Source: Candidatus Omnitrophota bacterium (GTDB lineage Bacteria; Omnitrophota; Gorgyraeia; B26-G9). Taken from it: a stretch of 64,000 nucleotides of DNA. Both the position numbers and the translations under genes were made by a program. Positions 1-11,639 of this stretch are shown here, in pieces. The notes beneath the pieces are model-generated. The model was not told the origin of the DNA and did no database searches. It was given only the letters and a program-made list of their open reading frames with translations. The stretch is from positions 131,354 to 195,353 of the forward strand of contig JBDRJV010000007.1 of NCBI GenBank assembly GCA_043814605.1. The letters run 5' to 3'. Within the stretch, counting starts at the first letter, position 1. Every line of letters begins with the position of its first letter.

Positions 1-133
1 ATCTTCGCAGGTTTATTTATCACCTGCCTTAAGCTTACCTGACCAGACTCTTGCCAACGGTTTTAGTAATTATTATGATTTAAAGCAAAAAAGTCTAGTT
101 AAGGAAAAAAATACGGAATTAAAGCCCAAAATC

Positions 134-3100
134 ATGGATAGTTATCCAAAAACAGGATATAAGATTTACCGGTTTTTAACTAAGTCGTATGAGTATTTGT
201 TTTCTAAATTAAAGACATCCCTAAGTTCACGGCTTGTATTGGGGGCAATTACTTTTACCTATGTTTTTGTTTTTGGTTTTAAAACAATAGGAATGGCGTG
301 CTTATTTACAAGCTCAGCTATTTCCGCAGGGTTAATCGCTGCTCTTATCGCAACAAATATAAACATGAATTATCCCCTAAAGCAAAAGGTCACTTATTTG
401 TTCACATTAGGTTATATATTTTTACTTACCGGGGATTTTACTTATTTATCAAAAAACTTAACTAATTTTTACCCTGTTTCAGCTCAGGCAATAAATTCAG
501 ATGCGGTTAGTGATTTAAATCTGCCGATAAATCTTAATGCTCCGGTTACGGATGAGGACGGTGTGTATGAACTTTGTTGGGATACAGTGTCCGGGGCTAT
601 ACATTATGAGTTAGAAGAAGATACAATCCCTAATTTTATTAATCCTCTGAATACTTATCATCCTGCTGCATCTCGAAATACTTATACAACCCAGGCAAAA
701 GCCTGGGGAACTTATTATTATCGGATTAGATACTGGACGCAGACACAAGCTTCTGTATGGAGCGCAATAATTAGTGTAGATGTTTTCAACCCCAATACGA
801 AAAGTAAATCTGTTGATGAGTTGATTGTTGATTTAAGTAATAATGATGATAATACAAAGTTAGCTGCTGTTAAAGAGCTATATTACAGAAGAACGCAATC
901 TGGGCTTAATGCTATTGAAAAGCAGCAGCTTGAATCTGCAATTAGTGCTGCAGAAGAAAAAGTTGTTTGGCCTTGGATATATAAATCTTCTCTTAGCTCA
1001 GCTTATAATGAATTGCTTTATAGTATAGGAGAATCAATTGTTCCTCTTTTAATAGAAAACGTGGAAAAATATTATGATGACAAATATATCAAAAACTTAT
1101 ATTTTTCGAAATCAATTGATTCTGTGAGGGGAAGTTTTAAATTATTAGGAGAAATTGGACGTTTTGAACCAATATTTGAATTTTTATTAGCTAAGTCCCT
1201 TATTTGTCATTATGATAATCCATCTGCTTGTTTTTTTCCGGACGTACATGAGGAATGGGGTATCAAAGCTTTATTATATAGACAGTCAAAACTGAAATTA
1301 TTAGATTTATTAGCAAATCAAGAAGCAACCAGGGCCATATATATAGTAGACAGTTTAAAATTAATTAGTGTTCCTGAAGATCAAGTAATTATTGAATCAT
1401 TATTAACAAGACTTAAACAAACTACAGAAATTAGTGATTACAATGATTTATGGTATCAGATAAGTTTAGTGCAAGCATTTCATTATTTTGTAGATATTCG
1501 AGCTATTGATCTTTTGATTAATGTACTTATAAACACACAAGGGGAGCAAAAGGGGTATATAATTCTTGATCCCGTAAATCCTGAATACTCTGATTGGCCA
1601 GATCCATATAAGCAATGGGACAGGTTAGGGTATAAGTTACTTAATGAAACGGCTGGGGCTTTACTTAACCATAAATCTTTGATGAATAATGAGCAAATTA
1701 AAAGAACCGTTGAACGCTTGAATAGTATTTTAACAGAAATCGCTGATTCTACAGAGCCAATATATAATCGTCCTGTGCATCCTGAAGTTGATGGCGAAGA
1801 TATACCATTAATAGTTGGTAAATTTGCTTCAGAAATAGTTAATAATTTTGGAGAAGGGGATTTATTACAAGAAACAATAGATGTTCTTTTTAATGTAGTA
1901 GATAACTGTGAATCAGTATTGTTTGGTAATAGTGCAATGAAGGTATTGGGTAAATTTGGAGAAGTAATTTTTAGTATTCAATTTTTAGATAAAATGGGAC
2001 AGCAATTATATGCTGTGGCTAATAATGATCAATATGCAATGTCTCTTAGAGCAGGAGCGATTAATAGTATAGCGATGATGGATGATGCTCAGATGATCCC
2101 AGAGTTATTAGGGCTTAAGTCAGAATTAGGAGAAAATCATGAGTTAATAGTTGATATTGATAAGGCAATTAATGAAATACTTGGCCCCAATAAATTTGAT
2201 ATATTAAAAGCAGAGGGGGAGAATGAGTATACTTTGACCTGGGAACAAGCGAAAAGAAGCGAAGCAGTTAAATATGAAATACAGGAAGCGCAGGATGAAA
2301 AATTTACCCAGATTATTAATTCTTATTGGACAACAGCTGATTATTTGGAGATGAAAGATAAACAGCCAGGAACTTATTATTATCGGATTCGCGCGTATTA
2401 TGGAGAAATTGTTTCAGAGTGGTGTGGCTGGGATCACATATTAGTACCGGAACCGGAAAAAGCACCAGTACCAGAAACAGCAGCAGTACCAGAGCCAGCT
2501 GTGTGCTTTATCACTACTGCTGCGGGCTTATTGCCGGGTTTTATCCCCAGTATTCCGGATAAAAATGTTCAGATTGAATCACTTTCAGAAACTGAATCTC
2601 AGAAAAAACAAGTGCAAAGATTATTAAGGCAATTAAAACAAAATATTAAAGATATTAATAATGGCAAAATAAAAGACTATGAATTTGAAGCGCAATGGGA
2701 AGAAACAGCTAAAGTTTTATTTCAATACGGAGAAACAGCAGAAGATGCCTTAATCATTGCGTTAGAAGATTCTGCAATGCAAGTCAGAGGCTTTGCGGCT
2801 TATACCTTAGGACAAATGCAAAGTAAAAAGTCAGTCCCATCCCTGATTAATACTTTGAAAGATAAAAGCTGGCAGGTGCGTAGATTAACAGCAGAAGCGT
2901 TAGGAATAATTGATGATCAGAGAACGAGCAGCGCTCTAATCACACATTTATACACTAATGATAAACAACCGGTGAATAAAACAGTTTTATCCGCATTACG
3001 CAGCAAAGGGACAATGATTACACCGCTTTTAATTGAGGCTTTAGAAAAAAACCCTCTGCCGGAAATTATTGATTTAATTTCCGATAATTATGACGGGAGA

Positions 3101-3952
3101 GCCTTAAAAATTTTAAATAATCTGTATATAGAATTCAAAAAAAATAAAATAAATACAAATAATGTGCTTGAGGCACAGAGAAAAATAAAACAATTTAACA
3201 GCACAACTTTTCAAAGATATTATTCGTATTATGCCCAGAACGAATCTGAATTCCCGCAATTTTCAATCTCTTCCATAAATATTGAAAGGCTGAAGAATTC
3301 AAAATCAATAGCAGAATCAAATAGCATTATCAGTTTAGTTATTCAGGAAGGGAATAAAGCAACACGGTCTTTAATTATGGGCTTAGATTCAAGCAGTATG
3401 CATGTGCAAGAAATGTCTTTAATTGCATTAGCTAAATTATCCGCGCAAGAAAATGCAGGCGTGAACTCTTTATTTTATTCTTTGTTTTATAAAATATGGA
3501 CAGAAGAAACTAACCCTATACTTAAAAAACATGCATACAATGCCTTAATTAAAATGGGGCCAGCAATAGCCGCAGATTTGATGGAAAAGTTTGATAAACA
3601 GCCGGATCAAAATGCAATACTGTTATTATCTCGATTTAGAGATTCAATAATGATTGAACCTTTAATTAAAATTATTGAGAGTGATAACCAAAATATGTCT
3701 TTAAAATTACTGGCTGTGTATATACTGGGAGAGATGGGAAATAAAAGTGCGATAACGCCTTTAAAAAATATGCTGAAATTTGGGGGAGAAACTACACAGC
3801 GTGTTGTTAATAAAGCACTGGTAAAAATAAACTGGCGGGAAAATCAAATAAAAATTAAATCCATGAATAATTCTCAAAATATTAAATTAAAATGCAGACA
3901 AAAGCTTAGCTCAGTAGTGATTGAAAGAAAATTGATAGATCAAGCAATTTAA
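134..3952 (+). CDS. Large membrane-anchored HEAT-repeat protein with two FN3-like modules (function unknown)
   Basis: 1272-aa ORF. The N-terminus has 2-3 hydrophobic helices. There are two FN3-like signatures (GTYYYRIRYWTQ, GTYYYRIRAYYGEIVSEW) and a proline-rich linker PEPEKAPVPETAAVPEPA. Multiple PBS-lyase/HEAT-type repeats are present (e.g. AMQVRGFAAYTLGQMQSKKSVPSLINTLKDKSWQVRRLTAEALG; MSLKLLAVYILGEMGNKSAITPL). Confidence 0.55.
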   Translation: MDSYPKTGYKIYRFLTKSYEYLFSKLKTSLSSRLVLGAITFTYVFVFGFKTIGMACLFTSSAISAGLIAALIATNINMNYPLKQKVTYLFTLGYIFLLTGDFTYLSKNLTNFYPVSAQAINSDAVSDLNLPINLNAPVTDEDGVYELCWDTVSGAIHYELEEDTIPNFINPLNTYHPAASRNTYTTQAKAWGTYYYRIRYWTQTQASVWSAIISVDVFNPNTKSKSVDELIVDLSNNDDNTKLAAVKELYYRRTQSGLNAIEKQQLESAISAAEEKVVWPWIYKSSLSSAYNELLYSIGESIVPLLIENVEKYYDDKYIKNLYFSKSIDSVRGSFKLLGEIGRFEPIFEFLLAKSLICHYDNPSACFFPDVHEEWGIKALLYRQSKLKLLDLLANQEATRAIYIVDSLKLISVPEDQVIIESLLTRLKQTTEISDYNDLWYQISLVQAFHYFVDIRAIDLLINVLINTQGEQKGYIILDPVNPEYSDWPDPYKQWDRLGYKLLNETAGALLNHKSLMNNEQIKRTVERLNSILTEIADSTEPIYNRPVHPEVDGEDIPLIVGKFASEIVNNFGEGDLLQETIDVLFNVVDNCESVLFGNSAMKVLGKFGEVIFSIQFLDKMGQQLYAVANNDQYAMSLRAGAINSIAMMDDAQMIPELLGLKSELGENHELIVDIDKAINEILGPNKFDILKAEGENEYTLTWEQAKRSEAVKYEIQEAQDEKFTQIINSYWTTADYLEMKDKQPGTYYYRIRAYYGEIVSEWCGWDHILVPEPEKAPVPETAAVPEPAVCFITTAAGLLPGFIPSIPDKNVQIESLSETESQKKQVQRLLRQLKQNIKDINNGKIKDYEFEAQWEETAKVLFQYGETAEDALIIALEDSAMQVRGFAAYTLGQMQSKKSVPSLINTLKDKSWQVRRLTAEALGIIDDQRTSSALITHLYTNDKQPVNKTVLSALRSKGTMITPLLIEALEKNPLPEIIDLISDNYDGRALKILNNLYIEFKKNKINTNNVLEAQRKIKQFNSTTFQRYYSYYAQNESEFPQFSISSINIERLKNSKSIAESNSIISLVIQEGNKATRSLIMGLDSSSMHVQEMSLIALAKLSAQENAGVNSLFYSLFYKIWTEETNPILKKHAYNALIKMGPAIAADLMEKFDKQPDQNAILLLSRFRDSIMIEPLIKIIESDNQNMSLKLLAVYILGEMGNKSAITPLKNMLKFGGETTQRVVNKALVKINWRENQIKIKSMNNSQNIKLKCRQKLSSVVIERKLIDQAI

Positions 3953-3966
3953 AGCAACGAATTGCC

Positions 3967-4006
3967 AAAACCCGTATTATTTAAGATTTATAATAGGGTT
4001 TTTTTT
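3967..4006 (+). terminator. Rho-independent terminator after HEAT-repeat gene
   Basis: Stem AAAACCCGTATTAT / ATAATAGGG followed by a run of 8 T. Confidence 0.5.
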
Positions 4007-4060
4007 ATGTTCAGATTATGATAAGATAATCAAAAGTCAAAAAATTTGTGATCAAGATAA

Positions 4061-5188
<1,128 letters not shown>

Positions 5189-5403
5189 AAATCCTATCTT
5201 GTTGATTTTAAAGTTGTTACATTAAAATCTAACTTAACATAATTTTTTTTGTTTTGAGTTGAAAATTTACTAAATTTCAGGTATACTTTAGCACTCGCAT
5301 ATTTCCTTATTTATTACCAAAATATGTAAATATTAAAGTATAGTTAATTTTAAATAACAATTAATAACAAATTTGCCAAGGATAAGTTTTAGGGGAGAAA
5401 AAT

Positions 5404-7503
5404 ATGGCTTTCAAAAAAATCTTAAATAAAACTATAGCAATACTTGTAATTTCGACTTTTCTTTTTTGTCCATCATTGTCAGCGTTACCTTTGTCAAATA
5501 GTTCAAGTGCACGTTTAGCAGGGACATGTCTTGCTCCTTCGCTTAATCTGCAATCTGTAGACTTACAACAAGCCTTACTTAGACAAAATAAAAGATGGGT
5601 GAATACATTAGATGAGTTAAAAACATTGCATCCAGAAGTTTATGATAAGGTTATCGAGTTTCGAACCCTATTAGCTGAAATAGTTCCGAGTATTCCGGAA
5701 ATAGAACTTGCGGATAGAAAAGGGGTAAACGATGTAGTCGTAAAAGAAGGCATGACCTTTGGAGATTTAAAAAGGCAGTACCAGGAATTGAATGATATGG
5801 TTGAAAAAGTTGCTGTGCCAAAAGAAATACCGCCTTTTTCTGATGAGGAATTAAGTGATGATTTATTGGAACAGAAACAGTTGTCTATCGAATTTATTCA
5901 GAATTACATCAACAACAATTCACAACTTACAGAAAAACAAAAAGAAATTTTAGGCAGATGGGCAAGTTATTCGCTGCTTTATCAATTAGCTCATGTGATC
6001 GATACTTCCCCGGCGCAAGAGCGAGCATTACTTTATGCACGAGTAAGAGGAGGTTTTAAGGAGATAGTTGGTAAAGTTATACAATATTATAAAATGATAC
6101 AAGATGGGCAGGTTAATCCGGATGGAAAACTTTCTTTGCGTTTGAGCCCTGATGATACAACTACTAAAGTAGAAGCTGAACTGATAAAGAATCCTGATGG
6201 CAGTTATAGAAAAATGGTAGTTCCCACCTTCCCTTTAAAATCAGATCCATTTCATTTTGGCCAGATAATTACGATGTTAAATAATTTAATTGCTTGTAAG
6301 GCGGATAAATATATAATTTTGTTAGATAACTTTGATCCCCGTAAAGAAAGTTTAACTTCCATAATACTGCGGGAAATACAGGTCAAAATTATGGTAAATC
6401 TTTTGAATGAATTATTTGATAATAAAGAAGTTGTAATATATTCTCCTTGGATGAAAGACGACCATACTTTTGATCGGAGCGGAGAACATGTGTTGGAGGA
6501 AGAAGGAGGATTGATTGATTTAAATCTTCAAGAAAAACCAGATCTTTTGGATTTCATCGTACCTTCCCATGGAGCAGGCGGTGATCACGCGCGTGTATTA
6601 TATCCGGAAGAAAAAGAAGGCGCAGGGATTGATTCTTTTGGTAGATTTGCGTGGATGGTATATGCATTGGCACAAAAACATAATTTAAGTAGTGATTCTT
6701 ACTGGCAGGAATTTACTAATTGGCGTTCGGGTGAGGGAAGTTCGGATTTATTAAACAGGGTGGTGGAATTTATCATTGCCGGGATACCGGATATGCCAAA
6801 AGTTGAAATAGTTACTGAGAAACAGAATTTAAATGTTTCTTCTACTGATTTACGGGAGAATTATATCTGGGCATTGGTGCCATACGAAATTGCGAAATTT
6901 TTAGCATTAATACATGGCAGCCGCTGGGAAAATTCCGAAGAAGTTAGCGAAAATGAAACAAAAAACCAGCATATTATTGCTGAACAAGTAATTGATTATA
7001 TTAGGGATTCTCTAAACTATATGAGAGGCGATCTAGAAGCGGTGCAAGTTAGACAAATACTTGATTTGTTAAAGTCAGCACGGGGATTAGCGCTAGAAGA
7101 AATAGATAGGTTTATTTCTTTTAATAGAGATGCGCTGATGTCCCTACAGATGAATAATAAAAATAAAGGAAAAATTGATTTATCTAAATATGAAAAAAGT
7201 CCTTTTATTTTTACATGGGAATCAAATGATGTAAAAAGAGATATTAAAAGAATAGAGGCATTACGAAATTTATTATCTAAATATGTGGATAATTTATGGG
7301 AAAAACATAAAAATGATTCAGATTTTGTTCTCCCTACTTCGACTAAATATAAAATAGAACTGGCAGAAGAATTTGGCCTGAGAGGTGTTGAGAAAAGAAC
7401 GAATGAGTTTCCGGTGAATATTATTTTTTCCATGGAAGAATTTTTAAAATTAAAGAGAAGATTGAATGAGTCAAATATGCTGAGAGTTGAGATGGCAATT
7501 TAA
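5404..7503 (+). CDS. Hypothetical secreted protein (signal peptide, no recognisable domain)
   Basis: 699-aa ORF with N-terminal signal peptide MAFKKILNKTIAILVISTFLFCPSLSALP. It is flanked by long AT-rich spacers and followed by a clean terminator. No motif match that I recognise. Confidence 0.55.
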   Translation: MAFKKILNKTIAILVISTFLFCPSLSALPLSNSSSARLAGTCLAPSLNLQSVDLQQALLRQNKRWVNTLDELKTLHPEVYDKVIEFRTLLAEIVPSIPEIELADRKGVNDVVVKEGMTFGDLKRQYQELNDMVEKVAVPKEIPPFSDEELSDDLLEQKQLSIEFIQNYINNNSQLTEKQKEILGRWASYSLLYQLAHVIDTSPAQERALLYARVRGGFKEIVGKVIQYYKMIQDGQVNPDGKLSLRLSPDDTTTKVEAELIKNPDGSYRKMVVPTFPLKSDPFHFGQIITMLNNLIACKADKYIILLDNFDPRKESLTSIILREIQVKIMVNLLNELFDNKEVVIYSPWMKDDHTFDRSGEHVLEEEGGLIDLNLQEKPDLLDFIVPSHGAGGDHARVLYPEEKEGAGIDSFGRFAWMVYALAQKHNLSSDSYWQEFTNWRSGEGSSDLLNRVVEFIIAGIPDMPKVEIVTEKQNLNVSSTDLRENYIWALVPYEIAKFLALIHGSRWENSEEVSENETKNQHIIAEQVIDYIRDSLNYMRGDLEAVQVRQILDLLKSARGLALEEIDRFISFNRDALMSLQMNNKNKGKIDLSKYEKSPFIFTWESNDVKRDIKRIEALRNLLSKYVDNLWEKHKNDSDFVLPTSTKYKIELAEEFGLRGVEKRTNEFPVNIIFSMEEFLKLKRRLNESNMLRVEMAI

Positions 7504-7581
7504 TTTTTAGGGATGTTTTATTACTCAACTACATAAAAATCAAAAGTAGTATAATATTAAAGAAAAAATATAAAAACACCA

Positions 7582-7615
7582 AAAGGTATATCTGATATAA
7601 ATATACCTTTTTTTA
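7582..7615 (+). terminator. Rho-independent terminator
   Basis: 8-bp stem AGGTATAT/ATATACCT with a 9-nt loop, followed by a T7 run. Confidence 0.6.
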
Positions 7616-7772
7616 TTTCTATTGCCGAAACCATAAAAAAACAAAATTTTTAAATTTAATGTAGATTATTAGTTAATTGTATTATATACTAATTAACACT
7701 TAAGTTATGTTAACTAAAAATTCTTAATTTAAAGCGATTTACTATGTTAAAATTAATTAAGGGAGGAAAGGA

Positions 7773-8102
7773 ATGTTTTTTGAATCAGTAGCTTTCGCAC
7801 AAGGTGCAGCAGGCGGCACAGGCCAAACTCAGAGTGGTTTCTTAGTTTTATTTCCTATGTATGTAATTATTTTTCTGGTTTTTTATTTCTTTTTGATCCG
7901 TCCGCAGCAAAAGCAGCAAAAAGAAAAACTGGATATGATTGCAAAAGTTAAAAAAAACGATGAAGTTATTACCGTCGGCGGCATACACGGGACAATTGTG
8001 AATGTAAAAGAAAAAACAGTGGTCATGAAAGTCGATGATAATGTAAAAATTGAATTTGATAAAAATTCTATTTCACTGGTAAAAAAATCAAGACAGTCAT
8101 AA
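7773..8102 (+). CDS. yajC: Preprotein translocase subunit YajC
   Basis: 109 aa with a single TM helix. The conserved segment ITVGGIHGTIVNVKEKTVVMKVDDNVKIEFDKNSI is present. The RBS GGGAGGAAAGG precedes the ATG. Confidence 0.85.
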   Translation: MFFESVAFAQGAAGGTGQTQSGFLVLFPMYVIIFLVFYFFLIRPQQKQQKEKLDMIAKVKKNDEVITVGGIHGTIVNVKEKTVVMKVDDNVKIEFDKNSISLVKKSRQS

Positions 8103-8141
8103 TATTAATTTTTTCAATCAGCTTAATGCAGGGAGGATTGC

Positions 8142-10322
8142 ATGCCGAAAAATATGAAAGTTAAATTTTTATTAATTATCGCCCTGGTTTTGTTTTGCGT
8201 TTGGGTGATTTATCCGCTTAATGAAAAGATTAATCTGGGACTTGACCTGCAGGGAGGGATTTTTCTTACCCTGCGTGTAGATATGGATAAACTTCCGGAT
8301 AAGATTAAGGATGACGTGCGCAGTGATATTGTTGACCGGACAATTGAAATTATCCGAAAAAGAATTGACCAATTCGGGGTGAAAGAACCTTCGATATCCC
8401 GCCAGGGAGCGGATAGAATTATCGTCCAATTACCCGGAGTTACGGATCGAACCCGGGCACTTAAACTGATCGGAAAAACAGCACAACTGGAATTTAGACT
8501 GGTATCCGACGATCAGGAGTTAAGGCAGGAAGCAATCTCAGGTGAGATTCCCGAGGGCTATGAATTAAAATACGATGAAGAAGAGGAAGCGTTGCTGCTG
8601 GAGAAAACATCAGTGATGACAGGGGAAAGTTTGGCCGATGCAATTTTAAGCCGGGATAATTATGGAAGGCCGAGTGTAAAGCTTGAATTTACGAGTAAAG
8701 GCTCAAATATGTTTTCCAATATCACCGGAGCTAATGTAAATCGCAGATTAGCCATTGTATTAGACGGTGAAGTTTATTCTGCACCGGTTATCCGCGAGAG
8801 AATATCCGGCGGTAATGCAGAAATAACCGGTAATTTTAGTAACGAACGCGCTAAGGATTTGGCTACTGTATTACGCACCGGTGCATTGCCGGCACCAATT
8901 GAGATTGCCGAAGAAAGAACCGTGGGACCGTTGCTGGGACAGGATTCAGTCAAAAGCGGCGTAAATGCAACCATAATCGGCGGCATTGCAGTTATAGTTT
9001 TTATGGCGGGATATTATTTTATCGGAGGAATTTTAGCAAATATTGCTCTGGTTTTGAATATTTTAATAGTCCTTGCGGCATTAGTAATTATGAAAGCAAC
9101 TTTAACCTTACCGGGTATTGCGGGTATTGGCTTAACGATTGGCATGGCGGTTGATGCTAATGTGCTGATTAATGAAAGAATCAGAGAAGAATTAAAATTA
9201 GGTAAATCCGTACGTACGGCAATTAATAATGGATATGGATATGGCCGGGCTTTTCCGGCAATTTTAGATTCAAATGTTACTACGATTATTGCTTCCGTTT
9301 TACTGGTTTGGTTAGGTTCAGGCCCCATACGCGGTTTTGGGTTGACTTTGATCATCGGTTTGGTTGCCAGTATGTTTACAGCAATTATGGTAACACGTTT
9401 GTTAATTGATATGCTTAGCTTAAGATGGAAAAACCTGCCGCTAAAAATGCTGCAATTAATTCCCGAGACAAAAATTGATTTTATTAAAGTGCGTTGGATT
9501 TGCTATACAATATCGGCAATATTAATTTGTGTGGGATTATTTTTCTTTGGCCAAAAAGGCGAAGCTAATTATGGGATTGATTTTACCGGAGGAGCATTAC
9601 AAGAATTTAAGTTTGAAAAAATTATAGAAATTGACCAATTAAGAGCTTCAATGGCAAAAATTGGTTTAGCGGATGCTCTGATCCAGCAGGATCAAAAAGA
9701 TAAAAGCGTGGTTTTAATCCGAACTGAAGAAAATAAAGCTGATGAGATAAGCCAGGAATTTAGCGCTACCTTTGCGGATAATCCGGCCCAAATATTAAGT
9801 GTAGAAAGCGTGGGCCCGGTTGTGGGAAAACTGCTTAAGAAAAACGCAGCATTAGCGCTTTCCTTAGCGCTTTTGAGTATTTGTATTTATATCTGGATTA
9901 GATTTCGGGATTTTGCTTACGGAGTGGCGGGAGTAGTATCCCTTTTTCACGATGTTTTAGTAGCAATTGCTTTGTGTACTTTGACTAACCGTCCGATAGA
10001 TTTATTAATTATTACGGCTTTAATGACTGTAGCTGGCTATTCTATTAATGATACAATTGTTACCTATGACCGAATCCGGGAAAACTTAAGAATAATGCGT
10101 AAGACAACTTTTAAAGATATTATCAATATCAGTATTAACCAGACTTTAGGCCGGACAATTTGGACTTCTGTGACTACAATCTGTATTGTGCTGGCGTTAT
10201 ATTTCATGGGAGGCAAGGTATTACACAATTTTGCTTTTATTTTATTGATTGGTTTCATCAGCGGAGTTTATTCAACGGTGTTTATTGCCAGCCCCCTGAT
10301 TTATGCTTGGGAAAAAAAGTAA
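8142..10322 (+). CDS. secDF: Protein translocase subunit SecDF (fused SecD-SecF)
   Basis: 726 aa. The SecD periplasmic domain (LGLDLQGGIFLTLRVD...AKTAQLEFRLV) and two 6-TM bundles typical of SecD and SecF are present (…NVLINERIREEL… and …SINDTIVTYDRIRENL…). Confidence 0.9.
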   Translation: MPKNMKVKFLLIIALVLFCVWVIYPLNEKINLGLDLQGGIFLTLRVDMDKLPDKIKDDVRSDIVDRTIEIIRKRIDQFGVKEPSISRQGADRIIVQLPGVTDRTRALKLIGKTAQLEFRLVSDDQELRQEAISGEIPEGYELKYDEEEEALLLEKTSVMTGESLADAILSRDNYGRPSVKLEFTSKGSNMFSNITGANVNRRLAIVLDGEVYSAPVIRERISGGNAEITGNFSNERAKDLATVLRTGALPAPIEIAEERTVGPLLGQDSVKSGVNATIIGGIAVIVFMAGYYFIGGILANIALVLNILIVLAALVIMKATLTLPGIAGIGLTIGMAVDANVLINERIREELKLGKSVRTAINNGYGYGRAFPAILDSNVTTIIASVLLVWLGSGPIRGFGLTLIIGLVASMFTAIMVTRLLIDMLSLRWKNLPLKMLQLIPETKIDFIKVRWICYTISAILICVGLFFFGQKGEANYGIDFTGGALQEFKFEKIIEIDQLRASMAKIGLADALIQQDQKDKSVVLIRTEENKADEISQEFSATFADNPAQILSVESVGPVVGKLLKKNAALALSLALLSICIYIWIRFRDFAYGVAGVVSLFHDVLVAIALCTLTNRPIDLLIITALMTVAGYSINDTIVTYDRIRENLRIMRKTTFKDIINISINQTLGRTIWTSVTTICIVLALYFMGGKVLHNFAFILLIGFISGVYSTVFIASPLIYAWEKK

Positions 10323-10349
10323 GGCAGAGGAGTAGTAAAGAGAAAAAGC

Positions 10350-10985
10350 GTGATTTTTATGAGTGAGAAAATTGATTGTTTAAAAAAATGTTTTTTTGCC
10401 GGAGTTTGTTCGGAAAACCCGGTTTTCCGATTAATGCTGGGGCTTTGCCCAACACTTGCGGTTACCGTAACAGCAGAAAATGGGCTGGCTATTGGCGTGG
10501 CCGCAACTTTTGTTTTACTGGGGTCAAATTTTATTATTTCACTAGTAAAAAATTATATCCCGACACAGGTAAGAATCCCTTGTTTTATTTTAATTATTGC
10601 TACATTTGTCACAATTGCCAAACTCATTTTGCAAGCTTATTTCCCGTTAGTTTATGCAAAACTGGGTTTGTTTGTCGATATTATGGTGGTTAATTGTATA
10701 ATTCTAGGCAGGGCAGAGGCGTTTGCTAGTAAAAACACACTGAAAATGTCTATTGCCGATGCCTTAGGTATGGGAATCGGATTTACATTAGCAGCGGGAA
10801 TAATTGGTTCCCTGCGGGAGATACTTGGTGCAGGAAAGCTTTTTGGTATTCCGATAATGGGTGAATATTTCAATCCGGCCATAGCGATGATTTTACCTCC
10901 TGGAGCATTTATTACAATTGGAATATTAATGGCAATTTTAAATAAGATAAAAAATTTAAAAACCGGCCAAAAATGTAATCCTTAG
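10350..10985 (+). CDS. rnfE: Rnf electron-transport complex subunit E
   Basis: 211 aa polytopic protein with LGLCPTLAVT and the RnfE-diagnostic VNCIILGRAEAFA motif. Confidence 0.8.
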   Translation: MIFMSEKIDCLKKCFFAGVCSENPVFRLMLGLCPTLAVTVTAENGLAIGVAATFVLLGSNFIISLVKNYIPTQVRIPCFILIIATFVTIAKLILQAYFPLVYAKLGLFVDIMVVNCIILGRAEAFASKNTLKMSIADALGMGIGFTLAAGIIGSLREILGAGKLFGIPIMGEYFNPAIAMILPPGAFITIGILMAILNKIKNLKTGQKCNP

Positions 10986-11027
10986 AATTCAGCTTAATTC
11001 AGCTGAGAAAAGGAAAAGAGCATAAAA

Positions 11028-11621
11028 ATGGATATTAATTTTGCCCGCATAATCGGAATAATAATTTCGGCTGTTTTTGTTAATAATTTTGTACTGACAA
11101 GATTTTTAGGCCTTTGTCCTTTTATCGGAATTTCTAAAAAACTGGATGTGGCTTTAGGCATGGGAATATCGATGACTTTTGTGGTGAGCTTATCATCCGC
11201 GCTAACCTGGCCAATTTATCATTACGTTTTAGTTCCGTTTAATCTACAGTATTTAAACATCATTACTTTCATTTTAATTATTGCTTGTTTTGTCCAGCTG
11301 GTGGAAATTTTTGTGCGGAAATTTAACCCTGTTCTCTATAAGGCACTGGGGATTTATCTGCCTTTAATTACTTGTAATTGTGTTGTTTTATTTGTGACGT
11401 TATTAAATGCCCAGAATAATTTAAATTTTATAGAAAGTTTAGTGCAAGGGTTTAGTGCCGGTGTGGGTTTTGCCTTGGCGTTGATCTTAATTACAAGTAT
11501 CCGGGAACGCCTGGAATTAGCCCAGATCCCGGAGAGTTTAAAAGGTGCGCCGATTGCATTTATCATTGCCGGCTTAATGTCCCTGGCTTTTTTAGGTTTT
11601 AGCGGTTTAACCGTAGATTAA
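11028..11621 (+). CDS. rnfA: Rnf electron-transport complex subunit A
   Basis: 197 aa with FLGLCPFIGIS, LPLITCNCVVL and a C-terminus IRERLELAQIPESLKGAPIAFIIAGLMSLAFLGFSGL matching the RnfA/RsxA consensus. Confidence 0.8.
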   Translation: MDINFARIIGIIISAVFVNNFVLTRFLGLCPFIGISKKLDVALGMGISMTFVVSLSSALTWPIYHYVLVPFNLQYLNIITFILIIACFVQLVEIFVRKFNPVLYKALGIYLPLITCNCVVLFVTLLNAQNNLNFIESLVQGFSAGVGFALALILITSIRERLELAQIPESLKGAPIAFIIAGLMSLAFLGFSGLTVD

Positions 11622-11639
11622 GAATATCCTCATAAAATT

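Noticed and set aside
10376-10693. 105-aa ORF overlapping rnfE
   Set aside because: Alternate-frame overlap of a well-supported membrane protein gene. Its translation has no features.
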